25,849 nt of DNA from a virus (IMGVR_UViG_3300001380_000015:1-25849), one strand, 5' to 3'; shown: positions 1-7,953, numbered from the stretch's first letter. Notes: generated by a model not told the origin, from the letters alone. Numbers and translations: made by a program.

Positions 1-338
1 GCCTTACCTCCGGAGCCAATTGCAAAGAAGTCGGCATTAATCTTCTCGGCCTCGGGTCCACCTTGAGTCCAAATGTAAAGACCATCTGGTTTTAGAATTA
101 ACCCCACTATTTCATCTTCTGAGTAATGTGGGGTTTTCCATTTCGGCTGGTCTTTTTCTTTAAACCCCTTGCGTCCCCATTCAAGAAAAGCGGAGCAATC
201 ACCGCCTTCACCGCTGGCTCCAAATACAATTCCATTACTTTTGACAATTTTAGTAGCAGGGTAAGCAAATCCTTTCTCCGCTATGGATACACGACTGTCT
301 GAGACCATATATTCAAGATTAGCGACTATGGTGGTCAC
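1..338 (-). CDS. HslV/proteasome-beta-like Ntn threonine peptidase (3' end runs off the window)
   Basis: Hand-translated from GTG at 338 (GTGA overlap): M-TTIVA...SDSR...TKI...FAIGSGG, matching the Thr1, Asp, Lys and GSG hallmarks. Confidence 0.8.
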   Translation of the reverse strand, partial: MTTIVANLEYMVSDSRVSIAEKGFAYPATKIVKSNGIVFGASGEGGDCSAFLEWGRKGFKEKDQPKWKTPHYSEDEIVGLILKPDGLYIWTQGGPEAEKINADFFAIGSGGK

Positions 339-610
339 TTCATGATCTTCCGTTTAACAATACAAGATTTAATAATCTTCATAACATTTGAATAGTTACC
401 TTGACTATCACCACTCAGGGCTAGACGAAGTACTTCATTATCTTCGTCCAAAACAAACCCAACTGTCTCACAAATTAGTACACCTTTTGTAATTTCCTCA
501 TGAGGGGTCCATGCATGGGCTGTAGCTGTATGGTCCTTCCATCTAATCCAAGCTATCTTCTTTAAAGGCTTCTCTAATTTCTTTTTTGGCTTCGACTTCT
601 TCTTGTTCAC
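335..610 (-). CDS. Hypothetical phage protein (WxD...W...CETVGF type)
   Basis: ORF track; stop overlaps the next start; the Lys-rich N-terminus and start are uncertain. Confidence 0.65.
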   Translation of the reverse strand: MNKKKSKPKKKLEKPLKKIAWIRWKDHTATAHAWTPHEEITKGVLICETVGFVLDEDNEVLRLALSGDSQGNYSNVMKIIKSCIVKRKIMK

Positions 611-698
611 GTAGTCTCACTTTTTTAGTTTTCTCCGCACGATGGCGGTATTGACGATTTCCAAGTAATTCACTGATCAATGGATTCCTCGTCTTCAA
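543..698 (-). CDS. Possible 51-aa basic/coiled-coil protein
   Basis: Hand-translated from TTG: MKTRNPLISELLGNRQYRHRAEKTKKVRLREQEEVEAKKEIREAFKEDSLD; fills the 610-670 gap; poor SD. Confidence 0.4.
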   Translation of the reverse strand: MKTRNPLISELLGNRQYRHRAEKTKKVRLREQEEVEAKKEIREAFKEDSLD

Positions 699-846
699 AT
701 TCCGTTGCGAGTTCTTCAATTTTATCCTCGATTAAATCCCTAAATCTATCCACAATCTCTTCCGAAGATATGTTAAGAACCTCCAGAAGAGTAATTTCAT
801 CAAGCCTCTTGAGGCGTTCACATGTTTCCTCGAAAGTGATCATCAT
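670..846 (-). CDS. Small acidic hypothetical protein (58 aa)
   Basis: Hand-translated MMITFEETCERLKRLDEITLLEVLNISSEEIVDRF...; TAATG coupling with the upstream stop. Confidence 0.75.
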   Translation of the reverse strand: MMITFEETCERLKRLDEITLLEVLNISSEEIVDRFRDLIEDKIEELATEFEDEESIDQ

Positions 847-1421
847 TACTCCTTCATTCCTTCCCGCGCCATTACATCTGCAACAATACGATTACCCCAA
901 TAACTAATAGCTGGCTCCTGAAAGAGTTCGCTATGTCCCCACACTTTAAATAGATTGTATGCATCAGAACCACAATCTACATTCCAAACATCATCGTCTT
1001 CCACACCGGTGTATCCTACTCGCCCCATTTCTCCCCAAGGGTGGGCTAGAAGGAGTTTAGACCAGTGGACAACCTCATCTCCACCATTGTAGTACACATT
1101 AACCCACCTTGCGTCGCTTTCAGCGTCATCGTCGAGGGCTGGATTGATATAGACTAGACCAAGATTCTTTCGATACTTGTTGGCTATAGTCCACGCCAGA
1201 GTACACCCATTGGAGTGTCCGACCAGGATATCGCCATCATCAATTTTGGTTGCCAGCCGAATAGCCCTGAAAGGGTTAATTATCCTGGCAGTCAGAGCAT
1301 AGGCATATCCATAGTTATGGACAACTGTCTCAAATCCCACGAACTTAAAGAATGGTTCCAGTTTGGCAATTGTCCCACCCGGTTGGCTAGTATGGATACC
1401 ATGTATCAGGTGGACTCTCAT
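846..1421 (-). CDS. Alpha/beta hydrolase fold protein
   Basis: HLIHGI, nucleophile elbow GHSNG, D and C-terminal GHS; start moved to ATG 1421 (TGATG coupling). Confidence 0.8.
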   Translation of the reverse strand: MRVHLIHGIHTSQPGGTIAKLEPFFKFVGFETVVHNYGYAYALTARIINPFRAIRLATKIDDGDILVGHSNGCTLAWTIANKYRKNLGLVYINPALDDDAESDARWVNVYYNGGDEVVHWSKLLLAHPWGEMGRVGYTGVEDDDVWNVDCGSDAYNLFKVWGHSELFQEPAISYWGNRIVADVMAREGMKE

Positions 1422-1834
1422 CAGAATGGAACCTCTTCCTCTACAACATTTGAGTGGACAGACCGGAAGTGGTCGAAGAGTTGGTCCCAATCCTCAAAGT
1501 GTCCGTCCGCCAGGGACAGAAAGATAGCATGCTCAGGTTTCGATCCAACAGTATAAAGCAACTTGTGCTTCGCCAGAGCGAATCCAGTTTCGACCATCTT
1601 TCCAGCAGTCTTGGACGGGTTAGCTACGTCAAGGATCACACAATCGGCGGCATTAACTTCCTGTAAGTCCTTCATGGCCATCTTCTTCTCAAAGATTTCC
1701 TGGGACATACCTTCCGGCTTGAGTTGCTCTTCTAACCAGCTTGAGAGAACGGTGTGTCCGAGTTGAATCAACGTTTCCTTATGATGACGAATACGTTGTT
1801 GCTCAGAGAATGTTGCAGCCGTGTAAATCTTCAA
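1421..1834 (-). CDS. Nucleoside 2-deoxyribosyltransferase / nucleotide N-hydrolase-like protein
   Basis: KIYTAA, DLQEVNAADCVILD, GKMVETGFA; TTG start at 1834 (TTGA overlap, AAGGA SD). Confidence 0.8.
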   Translation of the reverse strand: MKIYTAATFSEQQRIRHHKETLIQLGHTVLSSWLEEQLKPEGMSQEIFEKKMAMKDLQEVNAADCVILDVANPSKTAGKMVETGFALAKHKLLYTVGSKPEHAIFLSLADGHFEDWDQLFDHFRSVHSNVVEEEVPF

Positions 1835-2097
1835 TTCATATCCTTTTCTAAAATAGCACGTCCAACTTCTCCTACTTCTTCTCCAAGAATTACAAACCAT
1901 TTCTCTGGAGTATGGTGTCTAGCACCCCATTTACCTTCTTGTCTTAATCTTTCGTCCGAAATCGCCTCAAAAATAGAGACTTGAGTCTTATCCAATTCAG
2001 AGTTATTACAATGTAAGACAGTAGTTCCCTCAAAATGATCTTGAAGGGCTGCTATACATACAGCAGCACACTGGATTAATTCATCACGATAACTCAT
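1831..2097 (-). CDS. MazG-like all-alpha NTP pyrophosphohydrolase, circularly permuted
   Basis: ERLRQEGKWG...ILGEEVGEV at the C-terminus; RDELIQCAAV at the N-terminus. Confidence 0.75.
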   Translation of the reverse strand: MSYRDELIQCAAVCIAALQDHFEGTTVLHCNNSELDKTQVSIFEAISDERLRQEGKWGARHHTPEKWFVILGEEVGEVGRAILEKDMN

Positions 2098-2367
2098 TTA
2101 ATACACATCTCCGTTTTCTTGAATCTTGATATCTTCGTAGGGTGCAGCAATCCTGCGGTAAAACTCAAGTTTGGCACCTTCGAGGGCACCGATTATATCA
2201 TTTATCCCTTGATAGTTTCCAGAACATTCCCAATATTCTTTTATAATTTCTGTAAATTGGTAATTTAGTTCACCTGCTGTTCGTGCTCGTGATCCATAGC
2301 GATATACCTGTTCATCATCATATCTAGGGTTAATTTCAATACGTCTTTCTGATTTAATGTAAGGCAT
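2098..2367 (-). CDS. Conserved phage hypothetical protein
   Basis: GELNY...IIGALEGAKLEFYRR...PYEDxKIxENGDVY, recognised as a recurrent phage family. Confidence 0.8.
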   Translation of the reverse strand: MPYIKSERRIEINPRYDDEQVYRYGSRARTAGELNYQFTEIIKEYWECSGNYQGINDIIGALEGAKLEFYRRIAAPYEDIKIQENGDVY

Positions 2368-2621
2368 TAAAAATCCTCTGGAAAACCATTAGTTCTAAGA
2401 AGTTCATCTATATATCTATGAACATTGTCCACTAATTCTAGTGGAATGCGTCTTTCGACATAAGTATAATTAGACTTAATTATTTCTCCATACTCTTTGA
2501 TGTATTCATCAGAAGGTAATGACCTATATGATCCTTCAGAGTCATAAAATCCAACGTGCCCTTCCTGTTTAATTGGTGCATCTCCAAAACCCATATATCT
2601 ACTAGAATCTGTTTTTTTCAT
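2367..2621 (-). CDS. Hypothetical protein
   Basis: ORF track; coupled on both sides. Confidence 0.65.
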   Translation of the reverse strand: MKKTDSSRYMGFGDAPIKQEGHVGFYDSEGSYRSLPSDEYIKEYGEIIKSNYTYVERRIPLELVDNVHRYIDELLRTNGFPEDF

Positions 2622-2764
2622 CTTGTTCCCATTGCAAAACCAATATTAGCAAGACCGTAACAAATCCAAACCCAAGCGAACCACCAGTTCTTGTTCCAGA
2701 GCAAACCAACGGCAGCAATCCAACAGACCACCACCTGCATCCACATAAACCAATTAGGCAACAT
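2618..2764 (-). CDS. Small Trp-rich membrane protein (48 aa)
   Basis: Hand-translated MLPNWFMWMQVVVCWIAAVGLLWNKNWWFAWVWICYGLANIGFAMGTR; ATGA overlap at its stop. Confidence 0.65.
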   Translation of the reverse strand: MLPNWFMWMQVVVCWIAAVGLLWNKNWWFAWVWICYGLANIGFAMGTR

Positions 2765-2954
2765 GTTTTGTTAGAATCCTTTCCATAACATCAGGCCAGT
2801 ATAGACCGCTAAGACGCAACATACACCCACCCACACTGAGGATAGCGGCAACAGTAACATAATGAGTGTTGTCAATAAGCCAGCCATATGTACCCAATAT
2901 AGCACTGTAGAAGAAAACATGACTATATGCTATTACTAGATGCCGGGGGAACAT
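2754..2954 (-). CDS. Small membrane protein (about 2 TM segments)
   Basis: Two hydrophobic stretches; tiles the operon. Confidence 0.6.
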   Translation of the reverse strand: MFPRHLVIAYSHVFFYSAILGTYGWLIDNTHYVTVAAILSVGGCMLRLSGLYWPDVMERILTKHVA

Positions 2955-3339
2955 TCTTTTCTTTCTCTCTAAGGATTAGTTCCAATCTGGCTAACGCATT
3001 CCACGCCACTTGGGAATCATGTAGCAAACCTGTATCAGCATCATACGGACCTTCAATGGCCGCTGCAAGTAAGTGTCTACCCAATGCATCACCATAGCGA
3101 TTAATTCCATCAGGAACCGATTCCCATCCACGCCATGAATACTTCTTCGCCCCAATCGTTGAAACTGTTGCAATTTCACGAAGAGCACGTGGAAAATACT
3201 GTAGTAAACCTTGTAAAACCGCTGGCTTGCCGGAATCTGCCTTAGCCCCAGGTGTTTTGAGATCGAGTCCATTTGGGTCCTTTTCAATTTTTGGATATTT
3301 CCCTGGTCCAAAATCATAAGACTCCTCAATTTTGTCCAT
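2923..3339 (-). CDS. dATP/dGTP diphosphohydrolase-domain protein (DUF5664-like)
   Basis: GAKADSGK, GAKKY...W, ALGRH, LLHDSQVAWNALARLE. Confidence 0.8.
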   Translation of the reverse strand: MDKIEESYDFGPGKYPKIEKDPNGLDLKTPGAKADSGKPAVLQGLLQYFPRALREIATVSTIGAKKYSWRGWESVPDGINRYGDALGRHLLAAAIEGPYDADTGLLHDSQVAWNALARLELILREKEKNVPPASSNSI

Positions 3340-3365
3340 ATTTTTCTCAAGAATCCAATGTTAAA

Positions 3366-4133
3366 TCAAGGGCCATAACGTTCTTTCAAAAAAGCAATAC
3401 TAATTGGCATCTCGTCAAAGGCCCCATTGTCAACTTCGTGAAGCATCCACAGACCATGCCACTGTTTGGCATTGCCTTGCGCCTTGAGATAGTCTTCATC
3501 ATGCTGGTAGAATCCACCCACAAATAGTCCAGTGATCTGAGTACCGTCTGCCCGAGTGGCGAAACTAATCTGCCGACCCTGGACATGTCCCATTACACAA
3601 GATTGATGTTTCTTGACAAGTAAAGCGTTAGAACTGGTAACAGGCTTACCTAAAACACCAGATGTAAAATAATGGCAGTACATAACACCGTCAATAGAAA
3701 TAGGCTCAAGATATGGAATAACTTCCCAACCGCGATCTTCATAACCTAGGTCCTTTGTTGAAATTACACCTTCCATCTTTGGATCGGCTTCAATACACCT
3801 GTCAATCCGGTCCTCATGATTGCCAAGACACATCACCATCCGGGGTTTCCAAATCTTTTCCTTATTCCGGCGGAGACGGTCCTGCTCTTCCCAAATAGGA
3901 GACATAAACATATCCATTGCTTTTTGGGCAACCTCAATATCAGCCTTATATCTCCGTCCTTCAAAAGCTTTCTTGCCAACATCATAAATTCCAAGTGAAG
4001 GCATGTCAGCAAAATCTCCTATGTGTACAATTACATCAGGCTTCTTGGCAGCCGCAAATCGGCCTGCCCAAGACAAATGATCTAATGGTACACCTTCTTT
4101 TACCTGGGTATCGGGTATAACTAAATGTTTAAT
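3366..4133 (-). CDS. Calcineurin-like metallophosphoesterase (inferred ATT start)
   Basis: KHLVIPDTQ lies upstream of the track's TTG; HIGDFAD, GNHE, YCH, MGHVQ; GGAG 7 nt before ATT at 4133. Confidence 0.85.
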   Translation of the reverse strand: MKHLVIPDTQVKEGVPLDHLSWAGRFAAAKKPDVIVHIGDFADMPSLGIYDVGKKAFEGRRYKADIEVAQKAMDMFMSPIWEEQDRLRRNKEKIWKPRMVMCLGNHEDRIDRCIEADPKMEGVISTKDLGYEDRGWEVIPYLEPISIDGVMYCHYFTSGVLGKPVTSSNALLVKKHQSCVMGHVQGRQISFATRADGTQITGLFVGGFYQHDEDYLKAQGNAKQWHGLWMLHEVDNGAFDEMPISIAFLKERYGP

Positions 4134-4521
4134 GATTATTCTCCAAATAATTTATTGCTTTTTGAAGAGTATCTTTATTGTCTTTTGCATTTCCCAAAAG
4201 TAGGTTACAATGACTACAAAGAATTCCCCGTACTTTATTAGTGGTATGACAATGATCTACATGCCAAAATCTTTTTTTATCCACAGAAGTAATACCACAA
4301 ATTGCACAACTTTCATTTTGAGATTTCCATAACGAATTATAATCATCTTCCGTAATACCATATCTTTTAAACCTACGTTTTCGTTCATGGTATCGTCCAA
4401 TTTCTCGAACACGTTCTGGATTCTTAGCACGTCTACGACGTTGGGCTTCTCTCTGTTTTATAAAATATTCGGGAGGACGTTTATAAGTTTTCCAATAATT
4501 AGTTTTAACTGGAATAGTTAT
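4129..4521 (-). CDS. Endonuclease VII-family (His-Me finger) free-standing endonuclease, no canonical start
   Basis: Hand-translated ...YGITEDDY...Q...CAIC...HVDHCH...VRGILCSHCN..LG..KD...AINYL; open 131-codon frame from ATA 4521. Confidence 0.85.
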   Translation of the reverse strand: MTIPVKTNYWKTYKRPPEYFIKQREAQRRRRAKNPERVREIGRYHERKRRFKRYGITEDDYNSLWKSQNESCAICGITSVDKKRFWHVDHCHTTNKVRGILCSHCNLLLGNAKDNKDTLQKAINYLENNH

Positions 4522-4709
4522 TGTTGAGTCTCCGTGTAATCTACATGAGAGGCCATGTCCTCTGGATTTACAGATTTAAAAGGTAGAAGTCCTTTTTGAA
4601 GTAAATAGTTCAGACCAATTCCGATTACCATGTCCAATTCGGCTTCACTTAATTCACCCTCAAATTGAACACCCTCCCCATTAAGTTCAAGTGTTTTAGA
4701 TATTTTCAT
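4518..4709 (-). CDS. Hypothetical protein
   Basis: ATG 4709 in TAATG coupling with the endonuclease I stop. Confidence 0.7.
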   Translation of the reverse strand: MKISKTLELNGEGVQFEGELSEAELDMVIGIGLNYLLQKGLLPFKSVNPEDMASHVDYTETQQ

Positions 4710-5065
4710 TATTGTACCCAATGTTTTGGAATGCCCATTTTAAAATCCGCCCATTCGATTCCATTAGACTCACACCAATCTGCGTAAGTTGTCTTGGATC
4801 GTTTGTCCAGAGTTTTGAAGGCATTCATAAACAACATATAGATCGTAAGTTCCGGATGCTGTTCCCTGATCCAGATATGCTTTGCCCGGTCTTCTCTTGA
4901 AAACAATCCTTTTGCTTCAATAAACACACCATCTTTAAGTTTGAAGTCAGGACGATAGAACCGTTCCTTTTCAGGTTGAACAAAATGGATTACCTCGGCC
5001 TCATACTTAGCTTTCTTTCCGAGTGCTTTGGCAACCGTTGCCTCAAATTTTGATTTATAAGCCAT
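4709..5065 (-). CDS. T7 endonuclease I-like Holliday junction resolvase
   Basis: YKSKFE, YRPDF, IEAKG (PD-(D/E)xK), TYADWC. Confidence 0.9.
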   Translation of the reverse strand: MAYKSKFEATVAKALGKKAKYEAEVIHFVQPEKERFYRPDFKLKDGVFIEAKGLFSREDRAKHIWIREQHPELTIYMLFMNAFKTLDKRSKTTYADWCESNGIEWADFKMGIPKHWVQ

Positions 5066-5741
5066 CAGTTGGAAACTTCCACATGTCGTTGTCAGACCGT
5101 TGAATGTATAGTAATCGACCAGTTAGGAGCAAGTTGTTGTCATCTACAAATCTTTCCCGAACAAACTCAAACATTTCAATTGGGTCAGACATGGAATCAA
5201 GTTCGTTGAACCAAGACTGAATTAGTTTGGTCGGCTTTTGTCTAGCCATCCCGTCAAATCCGGGCACATTATCAGACCGATCACCGAGAAGGCACTGCTT
5301 GTAGAAGTTTCGATATGAATCCTCCAAGGATACAGTCTGGAATTCCTTTTTTACAAAGTTGTAATGAAATCCCGGAATCTGTAGCAAGTCCTTATCAATT
5401 GAACAAATTATTGTAGTGGCTTCTTGAGCCTTTCCCAATGCATCGTCAGCTTCGATCCCGTCACAGACCACCGCATTCCAAGTTGTGACCAGATATTCAC
5501 GGGTCGGCTGGAGGGACGGTGGACGGGGTCTATCACGATTGGCTTTGTAAGCCGGATATAGATCGTATCTAAAGTTCGTTGACCCACTGAGAAAAGCCTC
5601 ATACTCGTCTGTCCCAACCTCATGCAACAGGTCTTCCATGATTCGATCAGTACGATAAAAAGCCAGATCAGTGGGATCATCCTCTTTGAGTGACCCCGCT
5701 GCCCTCCACGCAACAATATCCGCATCAATTAAAGCTTTCAC
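5055..5741 (-). CDS. 5'-3' exonuclease / flap endonuclease (T7 gp6-like)
   Basis: LIDAD, YKANR, EADD, DKD, GDRSDNVPG. Confidence 0.92.
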   Translation of the reverse strand: MKALIDADIVAWRAAGSLKEDDPTDLAFYRTDRIMEDLLHEVGTDEYEAFLSGSTNFRYDLYPAYKANRDRPRPPSLQPTREYLVTTWNAVVCDGIEADDALGKAQEATTIICSIDKDLLQIPGFHYNFVKKEFQTVSLEDSYRNFYKQCLLGDRSDNVPGFDGMARQKPTKLIQSWFNELDSMSDPIEMFEFVRERFVDDNNLLLTGRLLYIQRSDNDMWKFPTDGL

Positions 5742-6253
5742 AGAACTTCGACTTCGTCATCCTCTTTGGCGAAGACATAATCCTCAAACTTTTTAGCCAA
5801 CTCAATAATTGCATCAGTCGAGAAATCGGTTGGAACACCTTTTGGATAAGTAGCTTTAACCAACTCAACTGCCGTGCTCAGACTTGATTGCCGGACGATG
5901 TAGACTTGTCTGGCTGCTCGTTCTTCCGGCGTTTCGTAAGAACTACGAACCGGGGTTTTAGAAACAGACGTTTGTCCTTGAACTCCCGAATCACTTCCAG
6001 CAGACTTTCCTCCGAGAACTGCTTCCGTCCACTGCCAGTACTCTTTTTGGTCTTTTTCATTCAGAACCTTTTCGGATTTTACGTCGAATACGTCGCCCGG
6101 ACTGGCGTTAGACAACTTCTCGAAGACATCCTTGTAAACAAAGCTGACAAGTTGCTTTCCTTCAACTTTACCATTGGGGCCTTTGTAGGCCACATTAGCC
6201 TGACGATACTTCCCTTTGGAAGTTACTTCAACCTTAATGATTTCAATTTGCAT
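5738..6253 (-). CDS. Putative ssDNA-binding protein
   Basis: Beta-rich N-terminus, IVRQSSL helix, acidic tail EDDEVEVL; position between polymerase and exonuclease; function inferred. Confidence 0.55.
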   Translation of the reverse strand: MQIEIIKVEVTSKGKYRQANVAYKGPNGKVEGKQLVSFVYKDVFEKLSNASPGDVFDVKSEKVLNEKDQKEYWQWTEAVLGGKSAGSDSGVQGQTSVSKTPVRSSYETPEERAARQVYIVRQSSLSTAVELVKATYPKGVPTDFSTDAIIELAKKFEDYVFAKEDDEVEVL

Positions 6254-6422
6254 TCAGTGATTCCTTATATTGTTTAAGCACCTGACTAATACGTGCTTGA
6301 GTGTACTGCTTACCATACTTGGAGAAAATGAAATTGACCAGATCAGTCAAGGTCTTGTTTTCTCGGGTCTTCAAATCCCACAATTCCATTAATACTTCTG
6401 TCGTCCATGTGAATTTATTCAT
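6243..6422 (-). CDS. Small HTH-like DNA-binding protein (59 aa)
   Basis: Hand-translated MNKFTWTTEVLMELWDLKTRENKTLTDLVNFIFSKYGKQYTQARISQVLKQYKESLNAN; TQARISQVL resembles a recognition helix. Confidence 0.65.
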   Translation of the reverse strand: MNKFTWTTEVLMELWDLKTRENKTLTDLVNFIFSKYGKQYTQARISQVLKQYKESLNAN

Positions 6423-6429
6423 ACCTAAT

Positions 6430-6458
6430 ATTATATCCTATTATTGGTTAAATGTCAA
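6430..6458 (-). promoter_or_regulatory. Consensus sigma70 promoter
   Basis: TTGACA (6458-6453), 17-nt spacer, TATAAT (6435-6430), in one of the few intergenic gaps. Confidence 0.9.
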
Positions 6459-6814
6459 GACATACTAATAATTTCGACAAATTTTTTGAGTTTTAACATC
6501 TCATCAGCCATATTAAGTGAACCTCTTGATTTTCCGTCCCAAAATATGAGTGCTTGATCGGCATATTGGGCCATTACTTTATTACGGATAACACCTGCGG
6601 ACTTTCCATACTTAATCCAATCGGCAGGAAAATCCACTGTAGGTATTTTATAAGCATTTGCCCAGCGTTTTCCAATCAAATCGGGTCCTTTTGCTAAACC
6701 ACAAACAATTTCGTCAATATCCTCAATAGGAATCATTCTCGATGAATTAAGATAGTTAAATATTTGATCTTCTTTCTCAATTAAACTCCTACTTCCTGCA
6801 ATGATTAACTTCAA
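6455..6814 (-). CDS. SLOG-family protein (YspA/DUF2493-like)
   Basis: IIAGSR, GLAKGPD, ADW..YGKSAG.IRN..MA, FWDGKSRGS. Confidence 0.85.
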   Translation of the reverse strand: MKLIIAGSRSLIEKEDQIFNYLNSSRMIPIEDIDEIVCGLAKGPDLIGKRWANAYKIPTVDFPADWIKYGKSAGVIRNKVMAQYADQALIFWDGKSRGSLNMADEMLKLKKFVEIISMS

Positions 6815-7530
6815 GTCATATCCTTAAGATTTGGACCAATTGTAATCTCAACTCTTAATGGAAGATTAAAGTCAATATTAAATATCCGCTGGAAATTACT
6901 AGGAAGATCATCAAAAACAGAGACAAGAATTGAGCGTACCAACTCTTCCAACGTTCTGTCCAAGATATCCACCACCACGGAGTCATGCACAGTACTGACA
7001 AGCATAATGCAATCTCTAACAGCTTTATCAAGATTGTCAAGTCGTCTCCTAAAGGATACACGCATAATAGTCATAAGGTCGGCCGCAAGGCCCTGCACAG
7101 GATAATTCAATATCTTGGTACGGGGCCATTGTGGTTCACCACGTTTATTGAGATAAGGTTTAAAGTCATAGAACCGACCAGTTGGCATAACAATCCGGCC
7201 AGTACTGGTAGCCTCCTGCATAAGCCGATCATGGTATTTTGCAATGCCTTGGTACTTGTCATAGAATAGGTCGATCACTTCTCGCCAGAACTTTGGAGAA
7301 GTTGACACAGATTGGAAGTCAGGATCGTGTGCATAGCTGTATTCCATGCCTCCGTAGATTAAACGGAAGACAAAGACTTTAGCTATCACCCGGGTTGGAA
7401 GGCCAAAACGTTCTTGATTAAGAGCGTGTTGGTCTACCCCCGAGAGAATCTCCTGCATTCCTACCTGATCCTGTGCCAACCAATTGACACATATCCACTC
7501 AAGACCTTTTGCGTCACCTGATAAAAACAT
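6811..7530 (-). CDS. Family A DNA polymerase, C-terminal part (motifs A, B, C)
   Basis: Motif A DAKGLE, motif B RVIAKVFVFRLIYG, NYPVQG, motif C TVHDS; ATG 7530 in TAATG coupling. Confidence 0.92.
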   Translation of the reverse strand: MFLSGDAKGLEWICVNWLAQDQVGMQEILSGVDQHALNQERFGLPTRVIAKVFVFRLIYGGMEYSYAHDPDFQSVSTSPKFWREVIDLFYDKYQGIAKYHDRLMQEATSTGRIVMPTGRFYDFKPYLNKRGEPQWPRTKILNYPVQGLAADLMTIMRVSFRRRLDNLDKAVRDCIMLVSTVHDSVVVDILDRTLEELVRSILVSVFDDLPSNFQRIFNIDFNLPLRVEITIGPNLKDMT

Positions 7531-7787
7531 TACCAATCAGCATAAGGTGCATGCCTGTCTTCTTCCTCTTTTTTGGATTCAGCCTCAAGATAGTCATCTA
7601 TTTCCTTTTGATATGGAGCATTCATAGCCTCTAATTGTTCTGCTAAAGCTTTTAAAAGGTATGATGACCAATAACCTGCTTTGTCCAAAGCAGGCCAGAA
7701 ATCATAGAATCCATCTTCCTTTGCAAAAATATCACCAATGTAAACTCCATTCTCATAATATACTTTTGTTCCCTCAAGTCTAATCAT
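7530..7787 (-). CDS. Hypothetical protein
   Basis: Start moved to MIRLEG (7787), next to the upstream stop; EDGFYDFWP...GYWS. Confidence 0.7.
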   Translation of the reverse strand: MIRLEGTKVYYENGVYIGDIFAKEDGFYDFWPALDKAGYWSSYLLKALAEQLEAMNAPYQKEIDDYLEAESKKEEEDRHAPYADW

Positions 7788-7953
7788 ATTTAGGGTCTTT
7801 TCCATTACAAGTACAACATTCAAATTCTGGATGTGATTCATGAATCAAAAGACCGTCCCAATCTGGACAAAAATGCCAACCCTCTTCTATTTCTTGTTGT
7901 GTTAATCTCTCATTCAAGTCGTTCATTAATTGGAAATAACGATCATTAGTCAT
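7780..7953 (-). CDS. Small Cys-containing hypothetical protein (57 aa)
   Basis: Hand-translated MTNDRYFQ...GWHFCPDWDGLLIHESHPEFECCTC...; ATGA overlap. Confidence 0.7.
   Translation of the reverse strand: MTNDRYFQLMNDLNERLTQQEIEEGWHFCPDWDGLLIHESHPEFECCTCNGKDPKYD

Noticed and set aside
2923-3339. Evidence for a 2-aminoadenine (Z) genome
   Set aside because: No PurZ in the window, and the domain also occurs in phages without Z
4150-4170. Suspected frameshift at the EndoVII 3' end
   Set aside because: Recounting the five-base run gives intact LQKAINYLENNH
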